Of a DNA stretch of 64,000 nucleotides, positions 26,969 to 38,769 are shown piece after piece. How positions within the stretch are numbered: the first letter of the stretch is position 1; each line of letters starts with the position of its first letter. The notes beneath the pieces are model-generated. The model saw only the letters and a list, made by a program, of their open reading frames with translations, had not been told where the DNA came from and made no database searches. A program made the position numbers and the translations under genes. The stretch lies in the NCBI RefSeq assembly GCF_964213995.1, contig NC_135801.1:115506001-115570000 (forward strand), in the 5' to 3' direction. The DNA comes from Mustelus asterias. Its lineage: Eukaryota.

Positions 26969-27487
26969 GTTTTCTTTACCTTTTCCTCATCCACTCACCC
27001 AACGTTATCCCTTTCTTTTCATTTCCAAAACCCAAGATTAGTTCGACAGTGGTGTGACGACAAGTGGACAGCAGAGATGGAGACACACAGTCATGCGATT
27101 TAGACACCAGCTCAAATACTGACACAACACAAATTTCAGAGGAGAGCATAAAGGCAGATTTGCACATGGCGAAACACTGGGTACAAGTACACTGCAGCCA
27201 GGGCAGGGATATATTTTTAAACAATTGCTTTAAAATTATGTTTGAGCAGAAACAAAGGGAAGAAAACACTTTTCAACATGGCGCAACTTTGCACGCAACT
27301 TACCCCAGAAGCATAAGTTACACCCAAAGTGGAAACTTTGTCCCAACCACACTGCAGATGACTAACCTTACATTTGCATCAAGTCTGTGGGTCTTTACCA
27401 CTCCCTTATATTTGGACAGTGGTTCAAATTCTATGGCATATTTTCCTCAGAAATTATTGCAGAACCATATTCTGATGTGGTTAAGGG
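26968..27487 (+). repeat. Left arm of a long inverted duplication (plus 26295-26310)
   Basis: Reverse complement of 28562-29080; six-frame ORFs are identical except one L/S change. Confidence 0.95.
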
Positions 27488-28561
27488 AAAATAAGAGGAA
27501 GAAATTAACCACATTTTTTTACTCCTGCAAGGCAAAAGGCCATTAATGCTGCTGCAATTTTAAAATACTTCTAATGCAAGTCATGACAACTTGCTACTAT
27601 TCCTGCTGTTGTGAGGCAACCCAATAGCCCTCAATCTGTGAACGACATACGGACAGCATTGTTATCTTTGATTAAATGTGATGTGGTAATAGTTCATTTC
27701 ATTTATAACCTTTTCTGAGGACCTGAAACAAAAAATGGGAACAATGGGGTTTCTGTAGCACTGGAGTAAACTACATACTAAAATTTCCTTTAACTGTAAT
27801 AGATAAGATATGACTGCCACAATTACACACCAGAGAATTCACATTGATTGAATTAGTAAGTGGCGGCAGTGTTAGCTGCAAATATTCCAACACTGCAGCC
27901 TTCTGCATCCACACCTTATCCAGACACTGGTACTCTTCAGCTGTTTGGAAGCCATTACACATTGATGCTAATCTCTAGCGGGGAATGAACCACTTATATT
28001 CAGATCACAGACTCTAGTACAGGAAGGTTTGTAAGGACTTTTATGAATCGTTAAGGAAATACTCAGGTCATTGCAGAATACAGCTATAAAGTCTACAATT
28101 AAGAAGTTGCAGGAATGAACTTTGTAAGCTGAGCTACATTAAGGAGGACAAGTCAGTAACTGTAAAACCCACTCGCTCTAAATAGCCAGATATTTGGCTT
28201 CAATCATATTTCCTGTTACAATTTCTAAAACATCCAACAAAAAGATAGAGATTTCATTGTACACTCTCCAGGTTATCTGATTAACTGTTGCAGTTTGTGA
28301 CTAAGTAACTATGTAGTTAATGCTATCACATACTTCATTATTAAATCTTACTCTATTGTGGGCCTCAATAGCAAATGTTGGCAGACTTTTTGACTGCAGA
28401 GATGTCACAGACAAACTGATCCCATTCACATCCAAATAGGGAAGGGCTTGGCTTTGTATGATTGTGCAAAATGAGTATTCATGAATTAAGAACATAAGAA
28501 ATGAGAGAGGGAGTAGGACATTCAGCCCCTCAACCCTGCTCCACCTTTTAATGAGATGATG

Positions 28562-29095
28562 CCCTTAACCACATCAGAATATGGTTCTGCAATAATTTCT
28601 GAGGAAAATATGCCATAGAATTTGAACCACTGTCCAAATATGAGGGAGTGGTAAAGACCCACAGACTTGATGCAAATGTAAGGTTAGTCATCTGCAGTGT
28701 GGTTGGGACAAAGTTTCCACTTTGGGTGTAACTTATGCTTCTGGGGTAAGTTGCGTGCAAAGTTGCGCCATGTTGAAAAGTGTTTTCTTCCCTTTGTTTC
28801 TGCTCAAACATAATTTTAAAGCAATTGTTTAAAAATATATCCCTGCCCTGGCTGCAGTGTACTTGTACCCAGTGTTTCGCCATGTGCAAATCTGCCTTTA
28901 TGCTCTCCTCTGAAATTTGTGTTGTGTCAGTATTTGAGCTGGTGTCTAAATCGCATGACTGTGTGTCTCCATCTCTGCTGTCCACTTGTCGTCACACCAC
29001 TGTCGAACTAATCTTGGGTTTTGGAAATGAAAAGAAAGGGATAACGTTGGGTGAGGGGGTGAGGGAAAAGTAAGGAAAACATGCTTAAACAATTC
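28562..29095 (-). repeat. Right arm of the inverted duplication, inserted in a CR1 3' UTR
   Basis: Flanked on both sides by contiguous antisense CR1 sequence (28488-28561 and 29096 onward). Confidence 0.95.
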
Positions 29096-29325
29096 TACTT
29101 CAACATTTTCCTGCACTATCCGCACACCTTTTGATGTTTTTAATATGTAGAAATCTATCCATTTCAGTCTTGAATATACTCAATGACTGAATCTCAGTGG
29201 CAGAGAATTCCAATGATTCACCATTCTCTGAGTGAAGAAATTCCCCCTCATCTCAGTCCTAAATGGCCAACCCCTTTTTCGGAGATATGTCCCTGATTCT
29301 GGAACCTTCTGCCAGGGGAAACATC

Positions 29326-30490
29326 GACTGCGATTCTCCCATTGCGACCCCCAACTTTTCTGTCAAGTCGCGGTGGGAGACGCGCGTCTCTGGCCTTGAA
29401 CAGGGATTTGCGCATGCGCCGGGAACACATGCGCATCTCCCAGAGCCGGCAAACAGTCGCCGGTCATACCATGCTGGAAACCGCCCGGAAGGCAGGCAAA
29501 TTATTTAAATCTTTTTTGCATGTATTTGAAATATGTATATGAGTTAATTATCGGGACCTTTTTGGTCCCGATTGAATCTCCCACCCTGCCAAGAGTACTT
29601 CATTCTGGCAGGATTCAGACTAGCTCTCCACATTCAGGGAACTATTGGGAGACCCCGCTGGAATGAAGAGGGAGCAATTGGGGCCCCCCAGGGGGTCGGC
29701 CGGCAGGGGGGGCGGCGCCCCATGGGCATGGGCACCCTGGCAGTGCCAGCCTGTGCCCCCTGGGACTGCCCAAGGGACAAAATGTCCATACCAAGGGGGC
29801 ATCCTGGCACTGCCCATTGGGCATTGGGCAGTGCCAAGGAGGTGGGGCCAATTGTTGGCAGGGCCTAGGGACGATTAGTGGGGGCGAGGGGGTCCTGCTG
29901 CCATTCTGCATGGGGATCGGTCTGGGATGGAGGGAGGCCAGCGATTCGGGTGGGCTTGGGGGAGGGGTGGTCTGCCGAGAAGGGGCCTGCCTCCAGGAGA
30001 GGGGTCTCACCCCGGGGGGGAGTCAGCAGGGGGGGTCTGCCGAGGTGAGGGGGGTCGGGGCATCGCCACTGATGGCGGTGGGGGGGGGGGGGGGGGGGGG
30101 AGAGGTGGGCTTCACATCAGGGTGCTCCAGGGCTGGTGGGGGGGCGGGGAGTCAGGGCTGGCCCGGGAATTGCTGCGGGGGCCGTGATCGGGCTGTGGGG
30201 GGAGGTGCTGGAGGGGCAGCACTGCGGGGGTCCCAGGCTGACCAGCGATCGAGCTGGCCAGCAAATGAGGAGTCTGACAGATCGGAGCCACTGCGCATGC
30301 GCAGAGTTCCAGAACTGTCAAACTCCAGCGCGAATAGGCCCCGCCCCCCCTGGGTTTTTAATGAGATTCATGACTGGGACCTCTGCAGTGCACAGAGTGC
30401 GGAGATTCAGGTGAGAAGCTGAACTGACAAAACAGTCGGGATTTAGAACAGTTTTGCCACCAATTCAGCACTTTTGGGAGAATCGCGGCC
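29326..30490 (-). mobile_element. ~1.15-kb non-autonomous DNA transposon with TIRs (inverted relative to 20517-21550)
   Basis: Ends gactgcgattctccc ... gggagaatcgcggcc; the internal sequence is the reverse complement of the 20.5-kb copy. Confidence 0.82.
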
Positions 30491-31299
30491 ATTATTCCTG
30501 CGTCCACCCTGTCGAGCCCTATAAGAATTTTGTATGTTTAAATGAGATCACCTCTCATTCTTCTAGATGCCAGAGAATAAAGGAACCAGTGGATTTAATC
30601 TTTCCTCACAGGACAATCCCTCCATCCCAGGTATTAGTCTGGTGAAGCTTTGTTGCACTCCCTCTATGGCAAGTTTATATTTTCTTAAATAAGGAGACCA
30701 AAACTGCACACAATACTTCAAGTGTGTCTCATCAAGCCTCTGTGTAATTTCAGTATACTCAAATCCTCTTTAACAAAGGCTGACATACAATTTGCCTTCT
30801 TAATTGCTTGCTGTACCTGAATGTTAGCTTCATTGACTCATGAACTATGTTACGATAACCTTCCAGGTAAGATTCCTCAAAAGTTCTTGATCAGTATGGG
30901 ATCCCTCGATCTATCACCGTCTGGCTGGGATACACCCAAATTGCTATATACCCATTGAGGATGGATGGCTGGCTCTGTGTCTTTATTCAACCCACCATAT
31001 GTTGGTACCAACAAAGGGTTTAATCTAACAAGGTCTGCTTTCCTTTGGATACCTTTTCCAGACCCAGTAGTTGTGTTTAAAAAGGAACAAATTTAACCAG
31101 GCTTTCTTGAGTTAAATTGGAGTAAGTATATTAACTACTAAAAAGATAAGGAAAATTGGTAAAACACATTTATGGACATTTAGATAAAGTATTGTGGATG
31201 CTGGAATCTGAAACACAAGCTCAAGCATTGTTCCATATAACCTTTTAAAAAATATTTTGTACTCAATTCTGACTTCTAATCAGGTAAATGTAGATACAA

Positions 31300-31630
31300 A
31301 AATAGAAAATGCTGGAAAATTTCAGTAGGTCTGACAGTATCTGTGGAGAGAGAATAGAGCAACATTTCAAATCAGAGTGACCTTTTGTCAGACCTGAAGA
31401 CAAAGAACATAGGACAAGATTTACATTGTGAAGGTGAAGGGGGGTCGGTGGGGGCGGGCGGGGGGAGGGGTGGGGGCATGGGTGGTCGGGGGGGGGGGGG
31501 TGGTGGGCTGTAATTGATGGGGTTGGCATAGCCAAAAAAACAAAGGGAATGTAAATGGTGATGATAAAGGCTAGTAATGGTGTTAATTGCGTCCATTAAG
31601 AGATTGGAATGTATAAACAAATATTCAGAG
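31300..31630 (-). mobile_element. Degenerate Penelope-like 3' end
   Basis: Minus strand ctgacaaaaggtcactctgatttgaaatgttg resembles a hammerhead core; the tgctggaaa...cagcatctgtggagagagaa motif also occurs at ~1260 and ~15460. Confidence 0.5.
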
Positions 31631-32489
31631 TGTAGGAATGTGGCAGACGGCCTTAGTGAAGTTGGCTTTTGTGGTGCGGGGGAGGGGGGGGGCGGGGGAG
31701 GGGGGGGCGGGGCAGGTGGGGAGATTATTACTTTATTTTCTTATTTTTATTTTTCCACTTTTAAAATCTCGCTTTCCATTTTGTTTCACTCCCACCTGAC
31801 CCCAGTCAGGATCTGGTGTATCTGTGAAGAACAGCATGTTCAGTGAACTGAAATGTACTCACCTTCAGCTGGACAAATAGGAGCCATGTAATTCTTAAAA
31901 ACAATGTTAGATTGGCTCCTCTCTTGGGACCAAGCGGAGGTCAGGTGAGGGGGTCTGGGAATAGCCCTGTCCCAGTGGTAGGAGTAGCTGCTCATATGGA
32001 ACAGGTACTCCATGAGGTGTGCCTAACGTGAATCCCACAAGCTATGGGAGATCAGATTTGGAGGGCACTGATGATTTTTGAAAAATTGATTCTTACATAG
32101 GATTTGGCCATTGCTGGCATTGCCAGCATTTGTGATCAACTCATAACTGCCCTTTGAGGGCAATTAAGAGTCAATCATATTACTGTGAGTCTAGAGTCTT
32201 CTTTAGGCCAAACCAGGCAAGGATGGCAAATTGCCTTCCCTAAGGGATGTTAGTGAACCAAATGGGTTTTTACAGCAATTAGGAATAGTTTCATGGTCAC
32301 CATTACTGAGACTAGCTTTCATCCCAGATGTATTTTTTGATTAATAGTTGAACTCACGAATCAAATTTAAATTTCATCAGCTGCCACGATGGGATTTGAA
32401 CCTGTGTTTCCAGAGCATCAGCCTGGGCCTCTAGGCCCAGTCCAGTGACATTATCACTACACCACCATTTCCCTCCCATGGGTCAAGCC

Positions 32490-32826
32490 ATGGTGGCATA
32501 GTGGTTGGCACTGCTGCCTCACAGCTCCAGGGACCTAGGTTTGATTCCCAGCTTGGGTCACTGTCTGTGTGGAGTCTTCACGTTCTCCCTGTGTCTGTGT
32601 GGGTTTTCTCCGGGTGCTCCGGTTTCCTCCCACAGTCCAAAGATGTGCAGGTTATGTTGATTGGCCATGATAAATTGCCCCTTAGTGTCCCGGGTTGCGT
32701 AGGTTAGAGGGATTAATGGGTTGGATATGTGGAGTTAGGGGAATAGGGCCTGGGTGGGATTGTTGTTGATGCAGACTCGATGGACCGAATGGCCTCCTTC
32801 TGCACTGTAGTGTTTCTATGGTTTCT
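32490..32826 (+). mobile_element. HE1 V-SINE
   Basis: tRNA head, V-domain and tttctatggtttcta tail. Confidence 0.88.
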
Positions 32827-35800
32827 AACTAGGAATTTCAGCCCATCAATCTCTATCTTGAGAGTCATCCTGGTACAAAAGAATTCTTGGCTGATCTTGG
32901 TCCGGAGTGGAAACTTAGGCAGGAAGCCATTTTGCTGGCTTCCCGCAACTTGCCTTCACTTCAAGGATGCGACATTCGAAGTGATTGCAGGTGCTGGATA
33001 TGTCTGCCCAAATATGCACATACATATTCAAATGTCACAGCAATGATGAAAGAAATTTTAAAACAATTTCCTGTCATTAACAACACTGGATGTAGAAAAT
33101 ACTGGAAGAGGGGTGTTAAAAAAACTTAAAGCTCCAAAGGGAGTGTAATTGAAAGCAGGAAATTAGTTATTTTGTCTTCAACTAACATGGAGGCAGTTGG
33201 CCCCTGTCCATCGCTCCAGGTGTTCACGGACAATTGCACTTGCTCTTACAGCTCAGGTTTGCACGAGTTCTTAACCATTTCAAAATGATTTAGACCTGAA
33301 AATAAAAGTTGGCCACAGCTTCTTTCCTCATTCCCAATTATCTTCAGATCTCAGTGTGTTTTATTGCATTAGAAACTAATTATTTTATTATAACTTGATC
33401 TGTATGCCTAGTGGCTGTAGTTCAAAACACTGGAGTTCCAAAACTAACATTTCAAATCAATATTCCAATATTTCTGAACACTTCAGCCTGCTAGCTTGAC
33501 CTAGTTCTGGGCAATGAAATGGGACAAGTAACAAATAATCTGTGAGAGCAAAAGAATGATTATAAATGACTACAGTGATATAATCAGTTCAATGTTAAAA
33601 TCAACTGCACTGGAAAAATGTAGGTTTCAGTGAGATAAGAAAGGATCTAATTCCAATTGGAGAGATGAGGTGGAGGAGAGATAGAAATGTCAACATGTTA
33701 GTGGATCCACGTTGGAGGACTCTGGCCTCAGTATTAAATCACCCCCCCCCCCCCCCCCACCCCCAACCATGATGGACAGGTAAGCCTAATTGCTAATTTA
33801 AAACAATACAGGGAACTTGACCGCAACACATTGGTGACTGAGTGGCCTGCTATGGAGAGATGGAATATTTCAATAAAGTATTTAAATTAGGCAATTTTAA
33901 TTCTGATGTTAATTTTACAGAAATGTTGTGGGTTTCCCCGGGCTTTGAAGCCAGATTTCAGGGAGGCAAGACCTCCAGACTCAGGAGAGTAAATGCTTTT
34001 TCCAGCACAAAAATAAATAACTTTGCAAAAAACAAAGCAGAGCCACTCTCTCTAAGAAGTAGGCTTCATTATTCTTTATGAGATTCGCAAATGTTGAAAA
34101 ACTGGATTGTAGAGTATTTTGTTGCAGTCCAGGCCATGTTAATATTCTTATAAAGGCTATCCTGTCTGTTGATATCTACGCTTGAAGTTATTTTATTGTT
34201 TTCTGACCAGAATAGCACAATAGAATGAAGATAGTCAAGCTACTAATCAGGACCCCAATCTTCCTGAGTTAATTTTCATTAATAGTATTACTTTTAAAAC
34301 TATAATAGATATTACTGTTGATTTATCTGCTGTCCAGAATTCTATTGTCTGTTACATAATGAGAGTTGTGTGTATAATTTGACATCTCTGAAAATTGATA
34401 CATTTTTAATTGAAATTCTTTTTTGCGTGGTTGTACGCTTTTAGTCGTTACGATTTATTGGCTAATGTCTCCTGTTCCACAGGCAGCTGGTCATTGAACT
34501 GTTGCTAATGTGCAAGAGCAGCAAAGTATCTGAGGGAATAATTTCTTGATGTTTAATTGTCTTTTTATGTTTTAAACACTGACAAAGGCTGTTGCTTTCT
34601 TTGACAATGGCAATTTTGTCAGCGGAAAAGAACTTTGTATATAACGCAAAATGTTATCACAAATGTTTGAACTGCTGGTTAACTGAAATGAAGTTCACAA
34701 GGATGCAAAGTAGATCCGGATGTGCAGGAGGCCACTCGGCCCATCTTAACTCATCCAGCCAGAATAAAATACTCGCATTCACCACCGCGTCAAATCCCCT
34801 GTCTCTTGAATAAGTCCAAAAGCTGAGCTGCTGCTGGAGGACCAAAACCGGGACAGTGGTCCTTATCCTCCCATCTGAGTGTCTGGATCCAAGAGAATGC
34901 AGCAACATTCTCTGGGGAAGCACGACCAATATAGTATTACATCATGCAGATGAGCTATAGCCAGGGCACCCCTTCTTTAAAGGCCACCTCATGGCTTTTG
35001 ATGCCCTTTATTGGTGTCCTCTGGAGGGCCAGGACCTGGAGGGTCCCAGTCGACTTTCGGGTATTACAGATGTAGCCGTGCCACCCTGTTCAGCCCACTG
35101 CACTTGAGATGCCCCGGTGTCAGGAAGGGGTGATTCAGAAGGGCTGGAGATTACCGGAGTCTCCTGGGTGGAAGGCCCCAGGATGGCCTTTAGCGCTTCC
35201 TCCTCCCTTGGGGCACTTGTGGGCACCTGGCACACTCTATGGGATGGAAGGGCAGCTGGAGCTAGCTCCAAAAGCCTCTGCATCACCTGGCACTGCCAGT
35301 CCTGGAGGTCCAACATTTTTTCCACCATGGTGTGAGACCTCTCAGCGATGGATCTCTGCATCTGGACCAAGCTCTGGAGTTCCTCTGCAATTGTTCTGTG
35401 ACTGGGCCTTGCTCTCAAATCCTGCAGCCATGACCCTCTGTCTGGAACATGCTCTCGAGGCCTTAGCCATGGTCCTCGTTGACTCAACCACGCCGCCAAT
35501 GACTACAAATTCCTGCCCCAGGCTTTCCACTGTGGCTGCCACCCTTGCAGTGTTGGCCGAGATCTCACATAATGTCGGCACCATCTCCTGTGCCTGAAAG
35601 TTGAAGGACTCCTCCAAGCAGCCTTGCAGTTGCCAGAATGTTGCTATCATCCCTTTGTGCAGTTCCTGGCTCTGCCTCTGCATCTCCAGCAGCTTTGGGA
35701 GAACTTTTTACAGTAGCTCGGTATCTGGCTTGGGGCCAGCTGTTTCCTGGGATCCACAGACCTCCGTCTGCCCGATCCCTTGGATGTTCCTGCTTCCACC

Positions 35801-35982
35801 TGATGTGCAACAGCCGCTGTGTGGTGCCCACCAGAGAGTGAACCTGAAGCCTGTCTGGTTATTCTACCCACCGAGGTGTGTGTCTCTGCACTGGTGATGC
35901 CTGTGAAGCCTGGTCAGTCCCTTCCTCAGTGCTTTCCACCGAGGTGCTGGCAGCTGTGACTCAGTTGGCAGCAGTCTAACCT

Positions 35983-38421
35983 CTAAATCTTTGGGTTCAA
36001 GTCCTGAAAAGGGATGGATTCGTCTACCGCGTGCATCGTGGCTTTCGCAATGTCGTGTTTCAATGCCTTGAAGGCCAATTGGGCCTCTGGCGTGAGTGGA
36101 AAAGTCGTGGACTTAATAAGCGGACGGGCTTTGTCCGCGTAGTTGGGGACCCACTGCGCATAATAGGAGAAGAAGCCTAGGCATCTCCTCAGTGCTTTTG
36201 CGCTAGCGGGCAAGGGAAGTTCAGCAAGGGGGCGCATACGGTCGGGATCAGGGCCAATGACCCCGTTTTCCACCACGTATCCCAGGATGGCTAACCGGCG
36301 CTTACGGAATACACACTTCTCCCTGTTGTAGGTCAAATTCAGGCGAGATGCAGTGCGTAAAAAGTTCTGGAGATTTGTGTCATGGTCCTGCTGATCACGG
36401 CCGCAGATGGTGACATTATCCAGGTACGGGAAGGTAGCCCGCAGCCTGTTCTGGTCCACCATTCGGTCCATAGCACGCTGGAAGACCGAGACCCCATTGG
36501 TGACACCAAATGGAACCCTAAGAAACTGATACAGACGACCATCCGCCTCAAAAGCCGTGTAGTGTCGGTCCTCTGGGCGAATGGGGAGTTGGTGGTAGGC
36601 GGACTTAAGGTCTATGGTGGAGAACACCCGGTACTGCGCAATCTGATTGACCATATCAGATATGCGCGGGAGAGGATACGCATCCAGCTGCGTATATCGA
36701 TTAATGGTCTGACTGTAATCAATGACCATCCGGGGTTTGTTCCCGCTCTTGACCACCACAACCTGTGCTCTCCACGGACTAACACTGGGCTGTATGATCC
36801 CTTCTTTGAGGAGTCGCTGAACCTCAGATCTGATGAAGATCCGATCTTCAGCGCTGTAACGCCTACTTTTAGTAGCGATGGGCTTGCAGCCTGGTACCAG
36901 ATTCTTGAATAAAGAGGGTGTGGTGATCTTTAATGTAGAAAGATTGCATGCGGGGCGCTTTGGACAATTTGGAGACTGCAGCTGTTCCCCTACTGTCAGC
37001 GAAGGGAGTGGCCCACTGTACTGTAGGATCACACTCTTCATGTGGACCATAAAGTTTAGTCCGAGGAGAATTGGTGCGCAAAGATGCGGCAACACAAGGA
37101 GCCTGAATCGCTCATAAATTGTGCCTTGCACTTTCAGAGTTACCACACAACGTCCTTGAACAGGGACAGACCGAGACCTTGATGCCATAGAGATTGTCTG
37201 TTTGGCAGGTTGAATCTGGAGTCCACACCTCTTTACAGTGTCAGGGTGAATAAAGCTCTCAGTGCTCCCGCTGTCAAACAGACAATAAATTGCACGACCA
37301 TTTACCTCTATATCCATCATTGAACAGTCAAGCCTGTGGTGCTTAGCCTGGTTCAGGGTGATCGACGCCACCGTTGGTCCTTGAACGTCACTGCAGGCAG
37401 CTGAGGTCGACACTGAGGACCCCTGCTGGTCGCTCCTGGTCGTCGTTGAACAAAATGGCCGCCCCCATGAATCGCACATGGTTGAGGGCGCCAAGCGTAG
37501 CGACTCCTGGTGGTCATCCTCCTCCGACTCCGTCGACCACAATGGCGTCGTCCTGGACTCGCACGTGGACGAACCCCGTGGGTACTTCGACGTCGATGGT
37601 GACGATCCCCGTTCCGAAGGGTCACAGGCTGCACTGCCGTTCTTGGGCTTCGATTTGCACACCTTCGCATAGTGCCCCTTTTTACCGCATTGGTTACAGA
37701 CCACCGCTTTAGCAGGACACTTTTGTCGTGGATGCTTGGCTCCTCCGCAGAAGTAGCACCGCGGGCCGCATGGGGCTGCCGCCGTCGTCGGGTCTACGTA
37801 GGAGCACGCCATAACACTGCACTTCGAGCCCGTGGGTCGAGGAGGGATTTGCGACTGCTCCTGCCACGTTGTCTCCACGTGGTCCTCCGGATACAGGACC
37901 AAGCTCTTCGAAGCCGCCTCAAGCATTTCAGCCAATTCCATAGCTTGGGTCAGGTTGAGATTCCCCTTTTCTAGCAGCTTGAGACGGATGTACGAAGACC
38001 CTACCCCTGCCACAAACGCATCTCGGGCGAGGTCATACATATACTGCTCAGCCGACACAGCTTTGCAGTCGCAGCCCCTGGCAAGCTGCAAGAGCTCATT
38101 GGCGTAATCCTCCATGGTTTCGCCCGACTGCCGACGTCGTGTAGCGAGGAGGTAACGAGCGTGGATCTCGTTGGGAGGTTTCGTGTAGCGCTTTTTTAAA
38201 AGCTCGAGGGCCCTCGGGTAAGTGGTGGCCGCACGGATCGCGAGGTAGACTGTGTCGCTTACCCTCGCATGGAGGACCCGGAGTCTGTCATCATCTGTGG
38301 TGACCGCTGCGGAGGCTGCCAGGTAGTCCTCAAAACACTTCAGCCAGTGGTCGAAGGTGTTAGAGGCGCCCACCGCACGTGGATCCAGCGTCAGACGTTC
38401 TGGCTTTAAGATTTGCTCCAT
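35983..38421 (-). CDS. Fused Gag-Pro-RT polyprotein of Gypsy A, truncated at the start of RNase H
   Basis: Two zinc knuckles (CYFCGGAKHPRQKC, CNQCGKKGHYAKVC), protease LFDSGST, RT PFG and YLDN; the last residues DLNPKI come from unrelated junction DNA. Confidence 0.9.
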   Translation of the reverse strand: MEQILKPERLTLDPRAVGASNTFDHWLKCFEDYLAASAAVTTDDDRLRVLHARVSDTVYLAIRAATTYPRALELLKKRYTKPPNEIHARYLLATRRRQSGETMEDYANELLQLARGCDCKAVSAEQYMYDLARDAFVAGVGSSYIRLKLLEKGNLNLTQAMELAEMLEAASKSLVLYPEDHVETTWQEQSQIPPRPTGSKCSVMACSYVDPTTAAAPCGPRCYFCGGAKHPRQKCPAKAVVCNQCGKKGHYAKVCKSKPKNGSAACDPSERGSSPSTSKYPRGSSTCESRTTPLWSTESEEDDHQESLRLAPSTMCDSWGRPFCSTTTRSDQQGSSVSTSAACSDVQGPTVASITLNQAKHHRLDCSMMDIEVNGRAIYCLFDSGSTESFIHPDTVKRCGLQIQPAKQTISMASRSRSVPVQGRCVVTLKVQGTIYERFRLLVLPHLCAPILLGLNFMVHMKSVILQYSGPLPSLTVGEQLQSPNCPKRPACNLSTLKITTPSLFKNLVPGCKPIATKSRRYSAEDRIFIRSEVQRLLKEGIIQPSVSPWRAQVVVVKSGNKPRMVIDYSQTINRYTQLDAYPLPRISDMVNQIAQYRVFSTIDLKSAYHQLPIRPEDRHYTAFEADGRLYQFLRVPFGVTNGVSVFQRAMDRMVDQNRLRATFPYLDNVTICGRDQQDHDTNLQNFLRTASRLNLTYNREKCVFRKRRLAILGYVVENGVIGPDPDRMRPLAELPLPASAKALRRCLGFFSYYAQWVPNYADKARPLIKSTTFPLTPEAQLAFKALKHDIAKATMHAVDESIPFQDLNPKI

Positions 38422-38769
38422 ACTCTCCTTTCCGTCGAGAGCTTAGTGTTAGACAATAAAATTGATGCACGTCAATTGAACTCAAGGCACGAAGCTTCGG
38501 TAACAGAAGGCTTTTATTGTCTAACAATGGAACTAATAGAACGTAAGTACACCATCCCAGACTGACGAGGTCCCGCCCGAGCAGGGGGTCTTATACCTCT
38601 CCCAGGAGGCGGAGCCCGACTGGGATGTGCCACAACAGTAACAACCACAGGTGTATTAATCCCACCCTAGCCCAACAACAACATTAGAACAATCCCACAG
38701 TGTGAACACCCTAGCCCAACAACAACATTAGAACAACCCCACAGTGGGAACCAACGATGGTTCACCACA
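36003..38769 (-). mobile_element. Gypsy LTR retrotransposon A: 5' LTR (38463-38769) plus 3'-truncated internal region
   Basis: LTR TGTGGTGAACC...GCATCA with TATA-like TATAAGA and AATAAA; internal region is homologous to the element at 59957 onward; no 3' LTR. Confidence 0.93.
38663..38746. repeat. ~44-bp-period tandem duplication in LTR A U3
   Basis: caccctagcccaacaacaacattagaacaa(t/c)cccacagtg x2. Confidence 0.9.

Larger units (their letters stand above)
28488..30850 (-). mobile_element. CR1 3' fragment interrupted by the inverted arm and a TIR element
   Basis: Tail aagaacataagaaa...ggagtagg; gtgaagaaattcccc ctcatctcag; aaggagaccaaaactgcacacaatac. Confidence 0.8.

Noticed and set aside
27064-28985. 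Twin 160-aa and 145-aa ORFs as a duplicated gene
   Set aside because: They start at GTG, have no recognisable domain, and are identical only because they lie in the inverted-duplication arms.
29572-30422. Many overlapping Gly/Pro-rich ORFs (also 20700-21560)
   Set aside because: A by-product of GC-rich non-autonomous transposon sequence lacking stop codons.
38663-38746. CRISPR-like repeat-spacer array
   Set aside because: Only two adjacent units, inside a eukaryotic LTR, with no unique spacers.
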